The translations under genes were made by a program, and so were the position numbers. A stretch of 64,000 nucleotides of DNA from Eledone cirrhosa (Eukaryota). The notes under the pieces are model-generated. The model searched no databases and was not told the origin of the DNA. It saw only the letters and a program-made list of their open reading frames with translations. Shown here piece by piece: positions 26,578 to 39,823 of this stretch. The stretch lies in contig OZ024745.1 in NCBI GenBank assembly GCA_964016885.1, positions 13,888,001 through 13,952,000 on the forward strand, written 5' to 3'. How positions within the stretch are numbered: the first letter of the stretch is position 1; each line of letters opens with the position of its first letter.

Positions 26578-26907
26578 TAAACAGAAGCTGATATGAAGAA
26601 TATAGAGAAAATGTTATTGTGAAAATATAATTACTTTGACATAATTAAACAGAGAAATAAACAAAAGATAAAAATGATTTTAAATTGTTTTAATATCACT
26701 AACAGTAACATTACTATGTAATCTCAATCATCATCATCGTCAGAAGCTTTACAGCCATTTATCCAGGCTGGCATGGATGGGTTGGATAAGACGTTTTAAA
26801 GTGGAAAAGTTCCTGAAACTGATGTGAAAAGTTGCATGCTGCATGTATGAGAAGTACCATGACTTATGAGTGATTATACACACACACACACACACACACA
26901 TATATAT

Positions 26908-27296
26908 CATCATCACCGTTTTATGTCCGTTCTTCCACGCTAGCATGGGTTAGACGAGTTGACCTGTTGTGGGCAGTGTCCAGTCGGCTGACCTTGTCTT
27001 GCTCATACAGGAACTGATTCTGGCTTGATTTCTACAGCTGGATGCCCTTCCTAACACCAACCTCATTTACAGTGAGTGCTGGGTGCTTTTTTGCCGTGGC
27101 ACCTCCACGACCACTTTGCAGTGGAATGATATGGACCCCAGTCCCTATCATCTCATTTCTACAGTTGAATAAACTGGAGCAATGTGAAATAAAGTGTCTT
27201 GCTCAAGGAAACAACACATCACCCGGTCCGAGTATTGAACTCACAACCTTTCGATTGCAAGCCCAATGCTCTAACCACTAAGCCATGTGCCTTCAC
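26908..27296 (-). mobile_element. tRNA-derived SINE, family B, with an RTE-type 3' tail
   Basis: Minus strand tggcttagtggttagagc...gagttcaatactcgg head; 3' part matches the RTE 3' UTR at 38101-38290. Second copy at 30230-30558, relatives at ~16100-16236 and ~22545-22810. Confidence 0.8.
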
Positions 27297-27312
27297 ATAT
27301 ATATATATATAT

Positions 27313-30028
27313 AAAGTTACAGTATCGTAAATGAGGATAGAAAGAGGAGGTATAAAGAGATGCGATACAGAGTATTATTTTCCAAAAGTGGGTGCATAGG
27401 TGCTCGATGCTTGTGTAATCGGGATTAAATATTAGAGGAGTTAATATTTAGTGTACGAAGATAAGCAGAGCGGTTATAAGCGAAAATATTAATGAAAGAG
27501 TAGCAAGCCTTTAATACACATTTATAAAAAGCTCTTACATATGTTTCGCCCAATGGGGATCTTCTGAGGCAATTATAAAGGCAAAGTATTTAATAAAGTA
27601 CCTTGCACGGGTAGAGATATTTTAACATCAGAATGCATTATTCTGTATAGAAAAATGGAGGAAAAGTCATTGTGCTCTAAGGGAGGTAATTACCGGTGCA
27701 AAGTAGAGTTATCTGTCAAGCTAATGACCGCTAGTAAAGCATTTTATTTATTGTTACAAGGAGTTAATTTAATTATGGTTTGTCAACTCAATTTAATAAG
27801 GCAGTGTTAAGGTATGAGTATGAGTATCAATTATGAGTAAAGTCATTAAAGACTATACACACATTTAGTTATATAAAGTTGTAAGTTCAGTGTAGTCTTA
27901 AAGGCCTAGAAAGGTGAAGACACTTTAGATGGAATCTGTATAATTATATGATCATTTGTCTAAAGAGTTTATTGGGTATAAGCGGCGGTTCTGTAAAATT
28001 ACCCAAAGACTAGTCGAGCAGTGTGGAAGAATATAGCAGGGTAAACCCAGCTGAATATATGTAGTGCAGCTCCCTGGAGGGAGAACAGAGGGTGGATGAT
28101 GGTGTTGCTCCAAGATGTTTAATAGTAGGTCCATCGTAGTAGGTCGAGCCAGGGTGTAGTGTTGGAAGCCCCAGGTGTTATGGTGGTTGAGTATTTGTTG
28201 GGGTCCATCTATAGAAAGATTGCTGTAGTCTATGGCTGCAATTGATGACAGTTTCAGCCCGACTATTTATGAGGTCCTGGGGTGCTTGCACTATATAGTA
28301 TAGTTCCATTAGGCAGAGTTGGCAGCTTTTTTTAAAGTTGTAAGGTGTTGCCTGGTTCACAATTTCCCAATAAGTGGTGAAGCTAATGTTAGAATTATTT
28401 AATAGGGTGATATAGTTAGTGAGGGTTGTAGAGTATCTAAGTTTCTTAACTCTAAAAGAGTGGAGGTGTGCTCGAAATCTGGTCTTGAATGACCCAGAGG
28501 TAGCTCCTATGTAATACTTAACACTATTATGACTAGTAACAGTACATCTATAGATAACATTTTTAGTTAGGCAGTAGCCTCGGAGTGGACAATTGCAATG
28601 TTTATTACAGTCACCCCTAAGGTGGTGAGTGTTGGTATTAATCGTAATATTATCACTATTATCATCATCACCACAGCTATTATTATTGTAGTTGGCATTA
28701 TTATAGCTATGAACACGCGAAGTGGTGCCATGCCCACGTCTCATGCTACAGCGTTTTCTACAGCCATTGTTAGAGCTGTTAAGGTTACTAACGCTGTCGT
28801 CAGTCTCACTACTGGTGCAGCAGTTAGTTTCTAGTGTGGTGCTATTGTGTAAACTGCTGCTAATACTAGGATACCTATCCTGGTTACTACCATCGTTATC
28901 ATACGGGGCAAAAGAATTGCTAAGGTTAACTGAATTGTCATATTCCCTAAAATTGCCATTACTAGGATGTTGTATACTAGTGAGTTTGTTGTGGTTACCT
29001 ATTGTTATGAGGTCGGCTAGATTAGGTGTAGTGGAATAGGAGATTTTTACGTTATTCTTATTGAGGATTTTTCTGTATCTATGGTTAGGTGGAAAAGTTC
29101 TTCTCAAAGAAGATTCTAGGTAAATTGGAAGTCACACTTCTGAGAGTAGGGGGGATGGAACCAAAGGACATTACGGTGGCGTTACGTGTAGTTCTGGGGT
29201 TACTATGGGCATTGTTGCCAAGGTGGGTGTCTCTATCAGGGCTATTGGGTTGCTGCATAATGCATCCTCTGTTGGCATTATGTCTGAGTGCACAGACTGT
29301 CCCAGTGTAGCGGTTCTGAGTTACCCTAGGCGGAGTAGAAGGTGTAAGTAATAAACCATTACATTTATTAAGCCTGTAAGCAGGGAATAATTCAAGTAGG
29401 CTGTAGTTGCTACTATTAGCCGGACTATGACGGTGTAGTAATACACCAGTCCTGCTACCTTTGTAGTTACGATGTGAGCCGTAGCTATTAGCATTATTTT
29501 CTCTTCTACAATTTTTTACGCTAGTTTGGCTGCAGTGGCGTTGGTTATAGGTATGGCTTGCTATAACAGTAGTCCTACACGAGGGGGGCTTTATAGAGCA
29601 TGCATGGTATGAAATTTTACTGTTATAACCTGAATCGGCTAATGCCCTATTATAATAATCCGCGGTTTGGTTGAAGAGGTCCTCATTAGCAGAAAGCCTA
29701 GAGATTCTATGGGAAATCCTATACACAATGGAGTTGAGCATAGATTTAGGGTGGTTAGAATCATCATTGATGTAAGATAAAACCTCACCAGGCTTATGGT
29801 AAGGTTTGTATAAACCAGTACCTAATTCTAAGGTAACATCTAAGTTAACTATATGATGGTTGTGGTTGATAGTTACAGAGAGGCCATACAATTTAAAGAA
29901 CTTGTGTATAAGTTTAAGGTTTTCTATCCTACGGGGGCTATGGTTCCTTACAGTAAATAGGGCATCATCCCTATATACACCTCCTTGTAGTACAGGGATC
30001 TCATAGCCTATGCAGGAGGTAAATAGAT
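27313..30028 (-). mobile_element. Penelope-like retroelement (probably Neptune-type), 5'-truncated and frameshifted: RT C-terminal part + GIY-YIG endonuclease
   Basis: GVYRDD, LDVTL, YHKP..SY..SNHP; CNCPLRGYC, VIY...YYIG.T..FKTRF..H, CQLC..E. Confidence 0.92.
27531..27570 (-). ncRNA. Degenerate type I hammerhead motif in the Penelope 3' terminal region
   Basis: gcct-CAGAAGA-tccccattgggc-GAAAC-atat-GTA-agagc; palindromic ACATATGT; core U4 replaced by A. Confidence 0.5.
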
Positions 30029-30036
30029 ATGTATAT

Positions 30037-30218
30037 ATTGGCAGTATCGGTAGAGGGTCGGACGTCATGCTTTGACGCATAGAATTACGGCCCTTTCCAT
30101 TCTGAGTTCAAATCCCGCCGAGGTCAACTTTGCCTTTCATCCTTACGGGGTCGATAAAATAAAGTACCAGTAATGTACTGTGTAATTGCTGGCCTTGTGC
30201 CAAAAGTAGAAACAATTA
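30037..30218 (+). mobile_element. tRNA-derived SINE, family A
   Basis: Matches the family; supplies the spurious start of ORF 29085..30080. Confidence 0.85.
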
Positions 30219-30229
30219 TATATATATAT

Positions 30230-30558
30230 CATTTCATTTTACGCCCGCTTTTCCCTGCTTGCAAGGGTGGGAGGGGAACTGATTCTGGCTTGATTTCTAC
30301 AGCTGGATGCCCTTCCTAACACCAACCTCATTTACAGTGAGTGCTGGGTGCTTTTTTGCTGTGGCACCTCCACAACCACTTTGCAGTGGAATGATAGGGA
30401 CCCAGTCCCTATCATCTCATTTCTACAGCTGAGTAAACTGGAGCAATGTGAAATAAAGTGTCTTGCTCAAGGAAACAACACATCACTCGGTCTGAGAATT
30501 GAACTCACAACCTTTCGATTGCAAGGCCAATGCTCTAACCACTAAGCCATGTGCCTCC
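30230..30558 (-). mobile_element. tRNA-derived SINE, family B
   Basis: Very similar to 26908-27296. Confidence 0.8.
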
Positions 30559-30588
30559 ATATATCCAGAGAGAGAGAGAGAGAGAAAG

Positions 30589-30638
<50 letters not shown>

Positions 30639-30639
<1 letters not shown>

Positions 30640-30736
30640 CTTTATTAATAATTTCAATATAATTGTTTGGTATAAAACCTGTGTTGCCTTTCATTTGAGC
30701 TCGGTACCAATTTGGATCAGTCTCCATATCTATGAT
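30639..30736 (-). CDS. GRB2: GRB2/drk-family adaptor exon, second half of the N-terminal SH3 (IIDMETDPNWYRAQMKGNTGFIPNNYIEIINK)
   Basis: 98-bp exon, the length I recall for the matching human GRB2 exon; ttccag/gtaagt sites; NWY.A and GFIP.NYI motifs. Confidence 0.9.
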
Positions 30737-32669
30737 CTGGAATGAAAATTAAACAGATGTCAAATAAATAGACAGACATATACATACATATGTGCACACA
30801 CACACATACACTAATTACATACAGATGCATCAGATTTGTGCAATAGATAAACAGTTGTATCTCCACCAACAAGTAGGAAGAGATATGTTTGCAGACTTGG
30901 TCATATGAGGGTGGCTTATCTCATTTGACTTACAAATGACTTCATTACAAAGTTTGACTAGTATAAACAGTGAATAACAAATATTAATAGACATATTTAT
31001 CTATAGTGCAGATACTTAAGTTCTACTTTACTGTGTAAGTGAGAATGTGTGTATATGTGTGATGTCTGAACGAGTATCTGTCATCTCCAACTATTATACC
31101 CTTCGCCTCTTGGTCCTGGCCGACAGGATGGAGAATAGAATACCCCCAGAGGACAGTGAAAGAGATGTGCTGGAACAGCCATTCCACCTCACAGGGCTCG
31201 CACCTGCGGGCAGCCACCTCGCCAACTCTGCTCTGATAGTAGTAAGTAGGAATATGGTTGGGGAGAGAGGGGGGGGGGTCAAGATTGCGGGAAGTCTCCA
31301 CTGCTATAGGCTCTACCACAAACCTATTAGAGAGTGGCCAATATTTCAACAGTTTGCCCTGTTAGGCCTGGCAAGCAGCCAAACACACCAGTTTACTGCT
31401 AAAGAAGGTATCACAGCATATAGCATCCCAGATAAGGGGTCTACCCCCATGAAACAGGAAGATTGTTATGACATCTGGCCTTTTACCATCCCCTCAGTCC
31501 AACCCCGCTGGCTTTAGCTGGGAAAATACTATCCTATACTTCTATGGCAGTGGTTCCCAACCTTTTTACTACCAAGGACCAAACCAATCCAATCCATGCC
31601 CTTCTCACTCCTGTTAAAGGAACCTCTCCCTGGTTGACCTCCACCACCTTCTGTTTGGTCATATCATAGGTGTAGCTGGACTCACCACACTTGGCCAATT
31701 GCTGGTTGGTGGGGTTATTTAACCCATGGTTGGGGTGGATGGCTGTTGACTTTGAGGAGTTCATCTGCCCTTTCTTTTTTGTACTGCTGGGATTCCACTT
31801 ACCCTCTCCACCAGACCCTGGTCTGGTGGGGGAGCTGGTTTAGTTGCCGACCACTCAACCATGAAGCAGGTTGTACTGGGTTACATGGTACCAGTAGCAG
31901 GCAGAAGTCTGATCTGACATAAGCATGTCCAAAGAAATAACCACATCTTTGAACCTTTAAATAAATGATAGGCAAAATAACAGCTACCAGGTGTAGATTA
32001 AAGTCACTTTAAATAAAGCTAATAAATGTGTCTCACTTATTTGGTTTATAATCTTAAAGTACAGGATATATGCCGACAAATATACAAAAAAAGAATTAAA
32101 AAAATTATGGTAAAATAAGGGATGACGCAACATATATCCGAGTATATAAGATACATCTAAAAATATTAGCATAAAACAATAATAATAATAATGATTTCTG
32201 ATTTAAGCACAAGGTCAGCAATTTGGGGGGAGGGGAAAGCCGATTGAATTGACTCAAGTGCGTGAATAGTACTTTATTTTATTGACCTTGTAAGGATGAA
32301 AGTTTAAGCTAACATCAGCTGCATTTGTACTCAGAACATAAAATTATTGTGTAGAGTGCTCAGGTGCACTACAATTCATCAAGTGTGTATGTATATATAT
32401 AGTACATAGAATAATGTACAATTGTCACGAAAGTGAATGTCACACCATGGTGAATAGCAGGGATAATTGATTACATAGGTGAGTTGGGGTGAGGGAGGCA
32501 TGCTGATAATGATTACATTTTTATCTTTATTTTGCCACAAAAGTGACAGGCATGAACAATCAATGTTGGTAATTTTAGGTGGTTCTAAAGTTTTCACCAC
32601 TAAAAGCAACGTATACCTCATATATATAGAGGTGTTTATACTCAGAAAATATTTTATACCCCTCTCTCC

Positions 32670-32737
<68 letters not shown>

Positions 32738-32795
32738 TCATTTTAGGTCCGCTTTTCCCTGCGGAGAATCAGTGTTGCGACGAATAAAATGTATT

Positions 32796-32892
32796 AGACA
32801 TATTACAATCGTTTCTCTGGCGACCAGCTCAAAGCACGATCGATGTAATGATCGAACCTGACTCTGAAATCGCTAGGTCCTCAGATACATCT
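32796..32892 (-). ncRNA. Type I hammerhead motif with long stem II
   Basis: AGATGTAT-CTGAGGA-(~60 nt)-GAAAC-GATT-GTA-ATATGTCT. Confidence 0.62.
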
Positions 32893-33421
32893 CGATTCTA
32901 CGAAGCAGAGTTTCCAAATGTCCAGTTACACCTGCAGCCTTCACTCGGCAACTTAGATCCTGTTGTTGTCATTCTATGAGTGGTCAAGAATTGTACACGT
33001 CATCAGTATTTTCGGCCACTCATGGCCGTCCTATATTTGGTTCCTTTCATTCGCCACCTGTCAATCAAAGTTGTTTCTTAAATCAGAATTACTACTGTAG
33101 GAGGTCAGATGTGTGATTGAACCGCTCGCGCCCTGTCGCCGACCTCTCCCATGTCCATGTTTCACGCAGGCGTGATACATATGGGCACTTATACACCCAC
33201 AGCGATCACATACACACCCGCAACAGAATTATATGAGACAATCACAGTAGATATTGACTGTGATTGTCGCATATAATACAGTTGCGGATGTGTACGTGGC
33301 CAAAAATACCGATGACGTGTACAATTCTTGACCACTCATAGAATGACAACAACAGGATCTAAGCTGCCGAGTGAGGACCGCGGGTCAACTGGGCATTTGG
33401 AAACTCTGCTTCGTAGAATCG

Positions 33422-33518
33422 AGACGTATCTGAGGACCTAGCGATTTCAGAGTCAGGTTCGATCATTACATCGATCGTGCCTCGAGCTGGTCGCCAGAGA
33501 AACGATTGTAATTTGTCT
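33422..33518 (+). ncRNA. Type I hammerhead motif with long stem II
   Basis: AGACGTAT-CTGAGGA-(~60 nt)-GAAAC-GATT-GTA-ATTTGTCT. Confidence 0.6.
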
Positions 33519-34889
33519 AATACATTTTATTCGTTGCAAAACTGATTTTCCGTTTCTCATGTGATATCATACTCTGTTCTGTAAGAGCATCGAGTGCTCA
33601 AACGGTCTACCGCTTACGGAAGCTTTAAGCATGTTACACCAACTATATATATATACTAGCAGAATGGCGTTGCTCAGGATTTGCTCTAGGGTTCTTATAT
33701 ATTTGATATATATTTATCCTTATCGAGCCGCGTGAAATAAATACATTTGTTTATATTTTGTTATTGTGTATACAAAAATATCTATACACGAATATATAAT
33801 TATACATATATATATATATATAACAGTAGAGAGAAGTACGGAATACCTCGGCCTCGGGATGGTGTCTACATTTTGTTCTTGTAAAAAAAAATTTGCCGTA
33901 GATTACCAGGGTTTTTGTCCGTGCGAATACTTTATCGCGAAATAAATACTTTTGTTTATATTTTGTTATTGTGTATGCAAATTAGTCTTTTACCTTAGAT
34001 TTATTTAGATTAATTTTCGAGATAATATCTCTTCTTGGGAGGGAAGTAAAGCGGTTAAACCAGTCTTCTAAATAGCTTGCCAAGCCATGCTGACTTGGCA
34101 AGCTATTTAATTTAATTGGTCCTCAATGTTGCCATTGACTGACCAACGGTCAAAAATACAGATACAATATAGACACGAACACATATATATAGTTTATCAA
34201 AGTTCTTTCGTTGCACATCTGCAACATCGTCAGTGGTGCTATTGTTTCCTCCCGTTGCATTGTATTTTCTACGCCATCTTTATTTAGTCTGTTTATATAT
34301 TTCTTTATTAGTTTATTTTATTTTGTCTTCTTTGCGCGTGCGTGTGTGTATAGTGTGTTGTTTGATGTGTGTTCGTGATTGGGTCACTGTGTATTGGTTA
34401 ATGTATTCTATCTTTACTAGTGTGTGTTTATATGTGTTTGTGTAAGTATTTATTTATTTATTCATCCATTTATTTATTGTATTTTGTTAGAGATGCCTAC
34501 TGACTGTAATAGGTTTTACTTTGTATTTAGGTAAGGCGGGTCTTCTCTATTACTGAGTACCGCCAAAGATCTTGGTCCAGTGACATTGTATATATATATA
34601 TATATATATACAATGTCACTGGACCGAGATCTTTGGATTAATCATATTATAAGGTATTTATTTTTGAAGTTCTGGTTAACTTTATTTAGTTACTACCTAG
34701 CTATGTGTGCTTACACACTTGTAAAAATTATCTCCTGTGATTATTCATGTTTATTTATATGTTAATCAATTTCTAGTTATTATAAAATGCTCGGACCTAT
34801 TCGTTTGAATCTTAGAGCTTATTTTGTGGGTGATATGGCGCATATCTTTCTGGCATGACACCCATAATTTTGATTATATTAATTTTGGA

Positions 34890-35286
34890 TATAGATATAT
34901 ATATATATATATACACACACATATATATATATACACATATATATATATACACATATATATATATACACATATATATATATACACATATATATACACACAT
35001 ATATATATACACACATATATATATATATACACATATATATATACACACATATATATACACACACATATATATATATATACACACATATATATACACACAC
35101 ATATATATATATATACACACACACATATATATATATATACACACACACATATATATATATATACACACACACATATATATATATATACACACATATATAT
35201 ATACACATATATATATATATATACACATATATATATATACACATATATATATATATATACACATATATATATATATATATATACAC

Positions 35287-35317
<31 letters not shown>

Positions 35318-35682
35318 TATATATACACATATATATATATATATATATACACATATATATATATATATATATACACATATATATATATATATATATACAC
35401 ATATATATATATATATATACACATATATATATATATACACATATATATATATATATACACATATATATATATATATATACACATATATATATATATATAT
35501 ATACACATATATATATATATATATACACATATATATATATATATACACATATATATATATATATACACATATATATATATATACACATATATATATATAT
35601 ATACACATATATATATATATACACATATATATATATATACACATATATATATATATATACACATATATATATATATATACAC

Positions 35683-35715
<33 letters not shown>

Positions 35716-36009
35716 TATATATATATACACATATATATACACATATATATATATACACATATATATATATACACATATATATATATATATATACACTATA
35801 TATATATATATACACATATATATATATACACACATATATACACATATATATATATATACACATATATATATATATATACACACATATATATATATATACA
35901 CACATATATATATATATACACACATATATATATATACACACATATATATATATACACACATATATATATATACACACATATATATATATATACACACATA
36001 TATATATAT

Positions 36010-36056
<47 letters not shown>

Positions 36057-36080
36057 CACATATATATATATATACACATA

Positions 36081-36123
<43 letters not shown>
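34890..36123. repeat. (TA)n/(TACAC) compound microsatellite, ~1.2 kb
   Basis: Visible. Confidence 0.97.
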
Positions 36124-36125
<2 letters not shown>

Positions 36126-37963
36126 CATCATCAACGTTTAATGTCCGTGTTCCACGCTTGCATGGGTTTGGACGGGGGTAGTCCCACTTGAGGCAAGAGT
36201 GATTGTCTTGCTCGCATAGGACTGTCTGGCAGGTTTTCTACAGTTGGATGCCCTTCCTAACACCAACCACATTTACAGTGTGGGTCTGGGAGGTTTTTAC
36301 CGTGTTGCCTACACGGCCACATTACAGCGTGGACTGTGTGTTTTTTTGTCGTGACACCTACACGATCTCATTTGTTTCGGCCTCGATGGCGCGGCACCAA
36401 CATAACTTTACATAGAACGGGGTGGTGTGGATGGGGTGGGGGTGGTGGTGGTGGGACGGGGTGTATTTTGTTAGAGATGCCTACTGGCTGGAGTAGGTTT
36501 TACTATATATTTAGGTAAGGCGGATCTTCTCTGTTACTGAGTACCGCCAAAGGTCTCGGTCCAGTGACATTGTCTTGGAGAGGTGTAAGTGTGTGATGTC
36601 GGAGTTTATCAGCTCGTCCCAGGTTTTTCTAGGTCTGCCTATTCCGTGACTACCGTCTATCTTTATTGCCCTGCACTTTGTTATACAGCTATCGACTTTC
36701 ATGCGCATCACGTGTCCATACCAACGTAGCCTTCTCTCGAGTAAACAACATCTGATCCCTCTTATCTCTAATTTATTCCTTAGTTCGTTTATGCTTTGCC
36801 GTTCACGTATATTACTGTTACACATCCAGCGGAGCATGCAAGCTTCGTTCCTCTCTAGTCTGCGTATATCCTCTGCACACAATGCCCAGGTCTCACTGCC
36901 ATGCAGCATTGCTGTTCGTATGCAGGCATCGTACAACCTGCCTTTCATTTTTAGGGAGAACCCTTTAGCAGCTAATAGTGGTATAAGCTCTCTGAACTTT
37001 TTCCAACCAGTTCTGACTCTAGCTACAGTACTTTCAGAGCACCCTCCCCCACTGCTGATTTTATCGCCCAGGTAACGGAAGCTGTCCACTATTTCTATAG
37101 AACCCTCTGCGCAATTGAAAGAGCTAGTATTTTGTGGGCACTTGCTGCTACTTATTGCACCAGAGCACCGGCCACATGTAAAATCTATGTTCTTAGTTAG
37201 CTTACCTGTGATCCCACTACATCTTTTATGCACCCATACTTTGCATTTAGGACATAAAATGGAGTTTCTACCTACGCCTTTCCTACACACCGAGCACGAC
37301 CATTTCCCAGAAGGGACCGCCGCCTTGTTTTCTTTCCTACAAACTAGTACTTTGGTCTTAGCCAGGTTAATTTTAAGTCCTTTTGACTCCAGGCCGTGCT
37401 TCAATGTTTGGAATTTCTTCTCTAGCTCGGCCATTGATTCCGCTATGAGTGTCAGGTCGTCTGCGTATAGGAGTTCCCATGGGCAGCCTGTCTTGAACTC
37501 CTCTGTTATAGCCTGAAGGGCAATAATAAATAGTAGTGGGCTGAGAACAGAGCCCTGATGGACGCCAGCTTTTACGCTAAACTCTTCACTATATTCGTTG
37601 TTAATTCTAACCTTGCTGACTGTTTCTTTATACATGGCTTGTATAGCCCTCACAAGCCATTCGTCAACGCCTAGTTTTCTAAGAGCCCACCAGATAATGG
37701 AGCGGGGGACTCTGTCGAAGGCTTTCTCCAAGTCGACAAAAGCTAAGTAGAGGGGTTTACCTTTAGCTAGGTACTTCTCCTGTAGTTGTCGTACTATGAA
37801 AAGAGCGTCTGTGGTACTTTTGCCTGACACAAACCCGAACTGCATTTCATCTAGGTCAATTCTCTCTCTGATTAGTTGCGCTATTACTTTTTCCGTGACC
37901 TTCATGACCTGGTCGATTAATTTAATGCCTCTATAGTTACTCCTATCTAGGGCGTCTCCTTTA
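36124..37963 (-). mobile_element. RTE-clade LINE copy A, 5'-truncated; RT to C-terminus open, 3' UTR and (GAT)n tail
   Basis: [51 protein letters not shown]. Confidence 0.95.
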
Positions 37964-38062
37964 TATATATATATATATATACATATATATACATATATAT
38001 ATATACATATACATATATATATATACATATACATATATATACATATATATACATATATATAC

Positions 38063-38100
<38 letters not shown>

Positions 38101-39823
38101 CATCATCATCATCACCGTTTTACATCCGTTCTTCCACGCTAGCATGGGTTAGACGGGTTGTCCTGTTGTGTGCAGTGTCTGGTCGGCTGACCATGCCTTG
38201 CTCATACAGGAACTGATCTGGCTTGATTTCTACAGCTGGATGCCCTTCCTAACACCAACCTCATTTACAGTGAGTGCTGGGTGCTTTTTCGTGGCGCCTA
38301 CACGTCCACTTTACAGTGTGGGCTGGGTGCTTTTTTGCCGTGGCACCTCCACGACCACCTTGCGGTGGGGTGTGTGGGGGCATATTGTTTATATGCTTCA
38401 GCATGTACCCATGGGAGGTCGGGTACTCTGTATTACTGCGTGTCGCCAGAAGTCACGGTCGTGTGTCATTGTCTTTGAGAGGTGTAATTGGGTAAGGTCG
38501 GCTTTTATCACCTCATCCCAGGTCATCTTGGGTCTCCCCACTCCGCGGTTTCCATCAACTTCTAGTGCTCTGCACCTTTTTATGCAGCTGTCATCCTTCA
38601 TACGCATCACATGTCCATACCAGCGCAACCGCCTCTCCTGCACACAGCATTTGATTTCTCTTATGCTCAGTCTCTCTCAATTCATTTATGCTTTGTCGTT
38701 CACGTATATTACTGTTACACATCCATCGGAGCATGCAGGCTTCGTTTCTCTCTAATCTACGTAAGTCTTCCACCTTCAGCGCCCAGGTCTCACTACCATG
38801 CAACATCGCTGTTCGGATACACGCATCATACAGTCTGCCTTTCATTCTGAGGGAGAAGCCTTTTGCAGCTAGCAGTGGTAGTAGTTCCCTAAACTTCTTC
38901 CATCCCGTTCTTACCCTAGTTATTGTACTTTCTGAACACCCACCTCCGTTGCTAATTCAGTCACCTAGGTAGCAGAAGCTGTCTACTGTTTCTACAGGGC
39001 CCTCTCAGAGATTGGTGGTACTTGTTTCCTGTGGCTGTTTGCTGTTTCAGCACAGCTGCTGCATGTGAATTCTACATTCTTAATTAAGCTTCCTGAGATC
39101 CCGCTACATCTCTTGTGTACCCATTGTTTGCATTTGGGGCAGAGAATGGAGTTCCTACCTACACCTTTCCTACATACTGAGCAAGGCCATTTCCCTGAGG
39201 GGATCTGGGTTCTGTTTTCTCGTCTACTTACAAGGACCTTAGTCTTGGTCATGTTGACTTTGAGACCCTTTCTCTCTAGTCCCTGCTTCCAGGTTTGGAA
39301 TTTATTCTCTAGTTCTACCATAGATTCAGCTATGAGTGCGAGGTCATCAGCATACAGGAGTTCCCATGGGCATCCGGTCTTAAACTCCTCCGTTATTGCC
39401 TGCAGGACTATGATGAACAGGATAGGGCTAAGAACAGAGCCCTGGTGGACCCCAACCTGTATGCTAAATTCCTCGCTATTCTCATTGCTAATCCTAACTT
39501 TGCTGACTGCTGCCCTATACATGGCTTGTACCGCTTTCACAAGCCATTCATCTACTCCTAGTTTTCTAAGAGCCCACCAGATTACTGCACGTGGAACTCT
39601 GTCAAAGGCTTTCTCGAGATCGACAAATGCCAAGTAGAGTGGCTTACTTTTAGCTAGGTACTTTTCCTGTAATTGCCTCACAAGGAAGAGGGCATCAGTG
39701 GTGCTTCTTCCTGGTACAAACCCAAATTGCATCTCGTCTATATTCACCCGGTCCCTAATCAGCTGTGCTATAACTCTTTCTGTTACTTTCATGACCTGGT
39801 CCATCAACTTTATACCTCTATAA
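38101..39823 (-). mobile_element. RTE-clade LINE copy B, a different subfamily, frameshifted
   Basis: Same RT motifs with divergent nucleotide sequence; frameshifts near 39000 and 38670. Confidence 0.93.

Larger units (their letters stand above)
32765..33643. mobile_element. Fold-back element of the same family as 12716-13100; ~255-bp inverted arms plus an internal hairpin
   Basis: 32765-33019 is inverted to 33296-33550; hairpin at ~33208-33299; same 3' tail ending acaccaa(c/t)tatata. Confidence 0.75.

Noticed and set aside
25554-26587. Stop-free 11-bp minisatellite on the minus strand flanked by plausible AG and GT sites, as a His/Pro-rich exon
   Set aside because: The GRB2-like exons at 30639 and 23665 already join in frame; 1034 bp is not a multiple of 3 and would break the frame
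32037-32156. Possible minus-strand exon (DVSYILGYMLRHPLF...)
   Set aside because: Ends in phase 1 whereas the next GRB2-like exon needs phase 0; no SH3 similarity
33653-33985. Possible Helentron/DINE-like element (tatactagcag... with a duplicated ~40-bp block)
   Set aside because: Termini too degenerate to support a call
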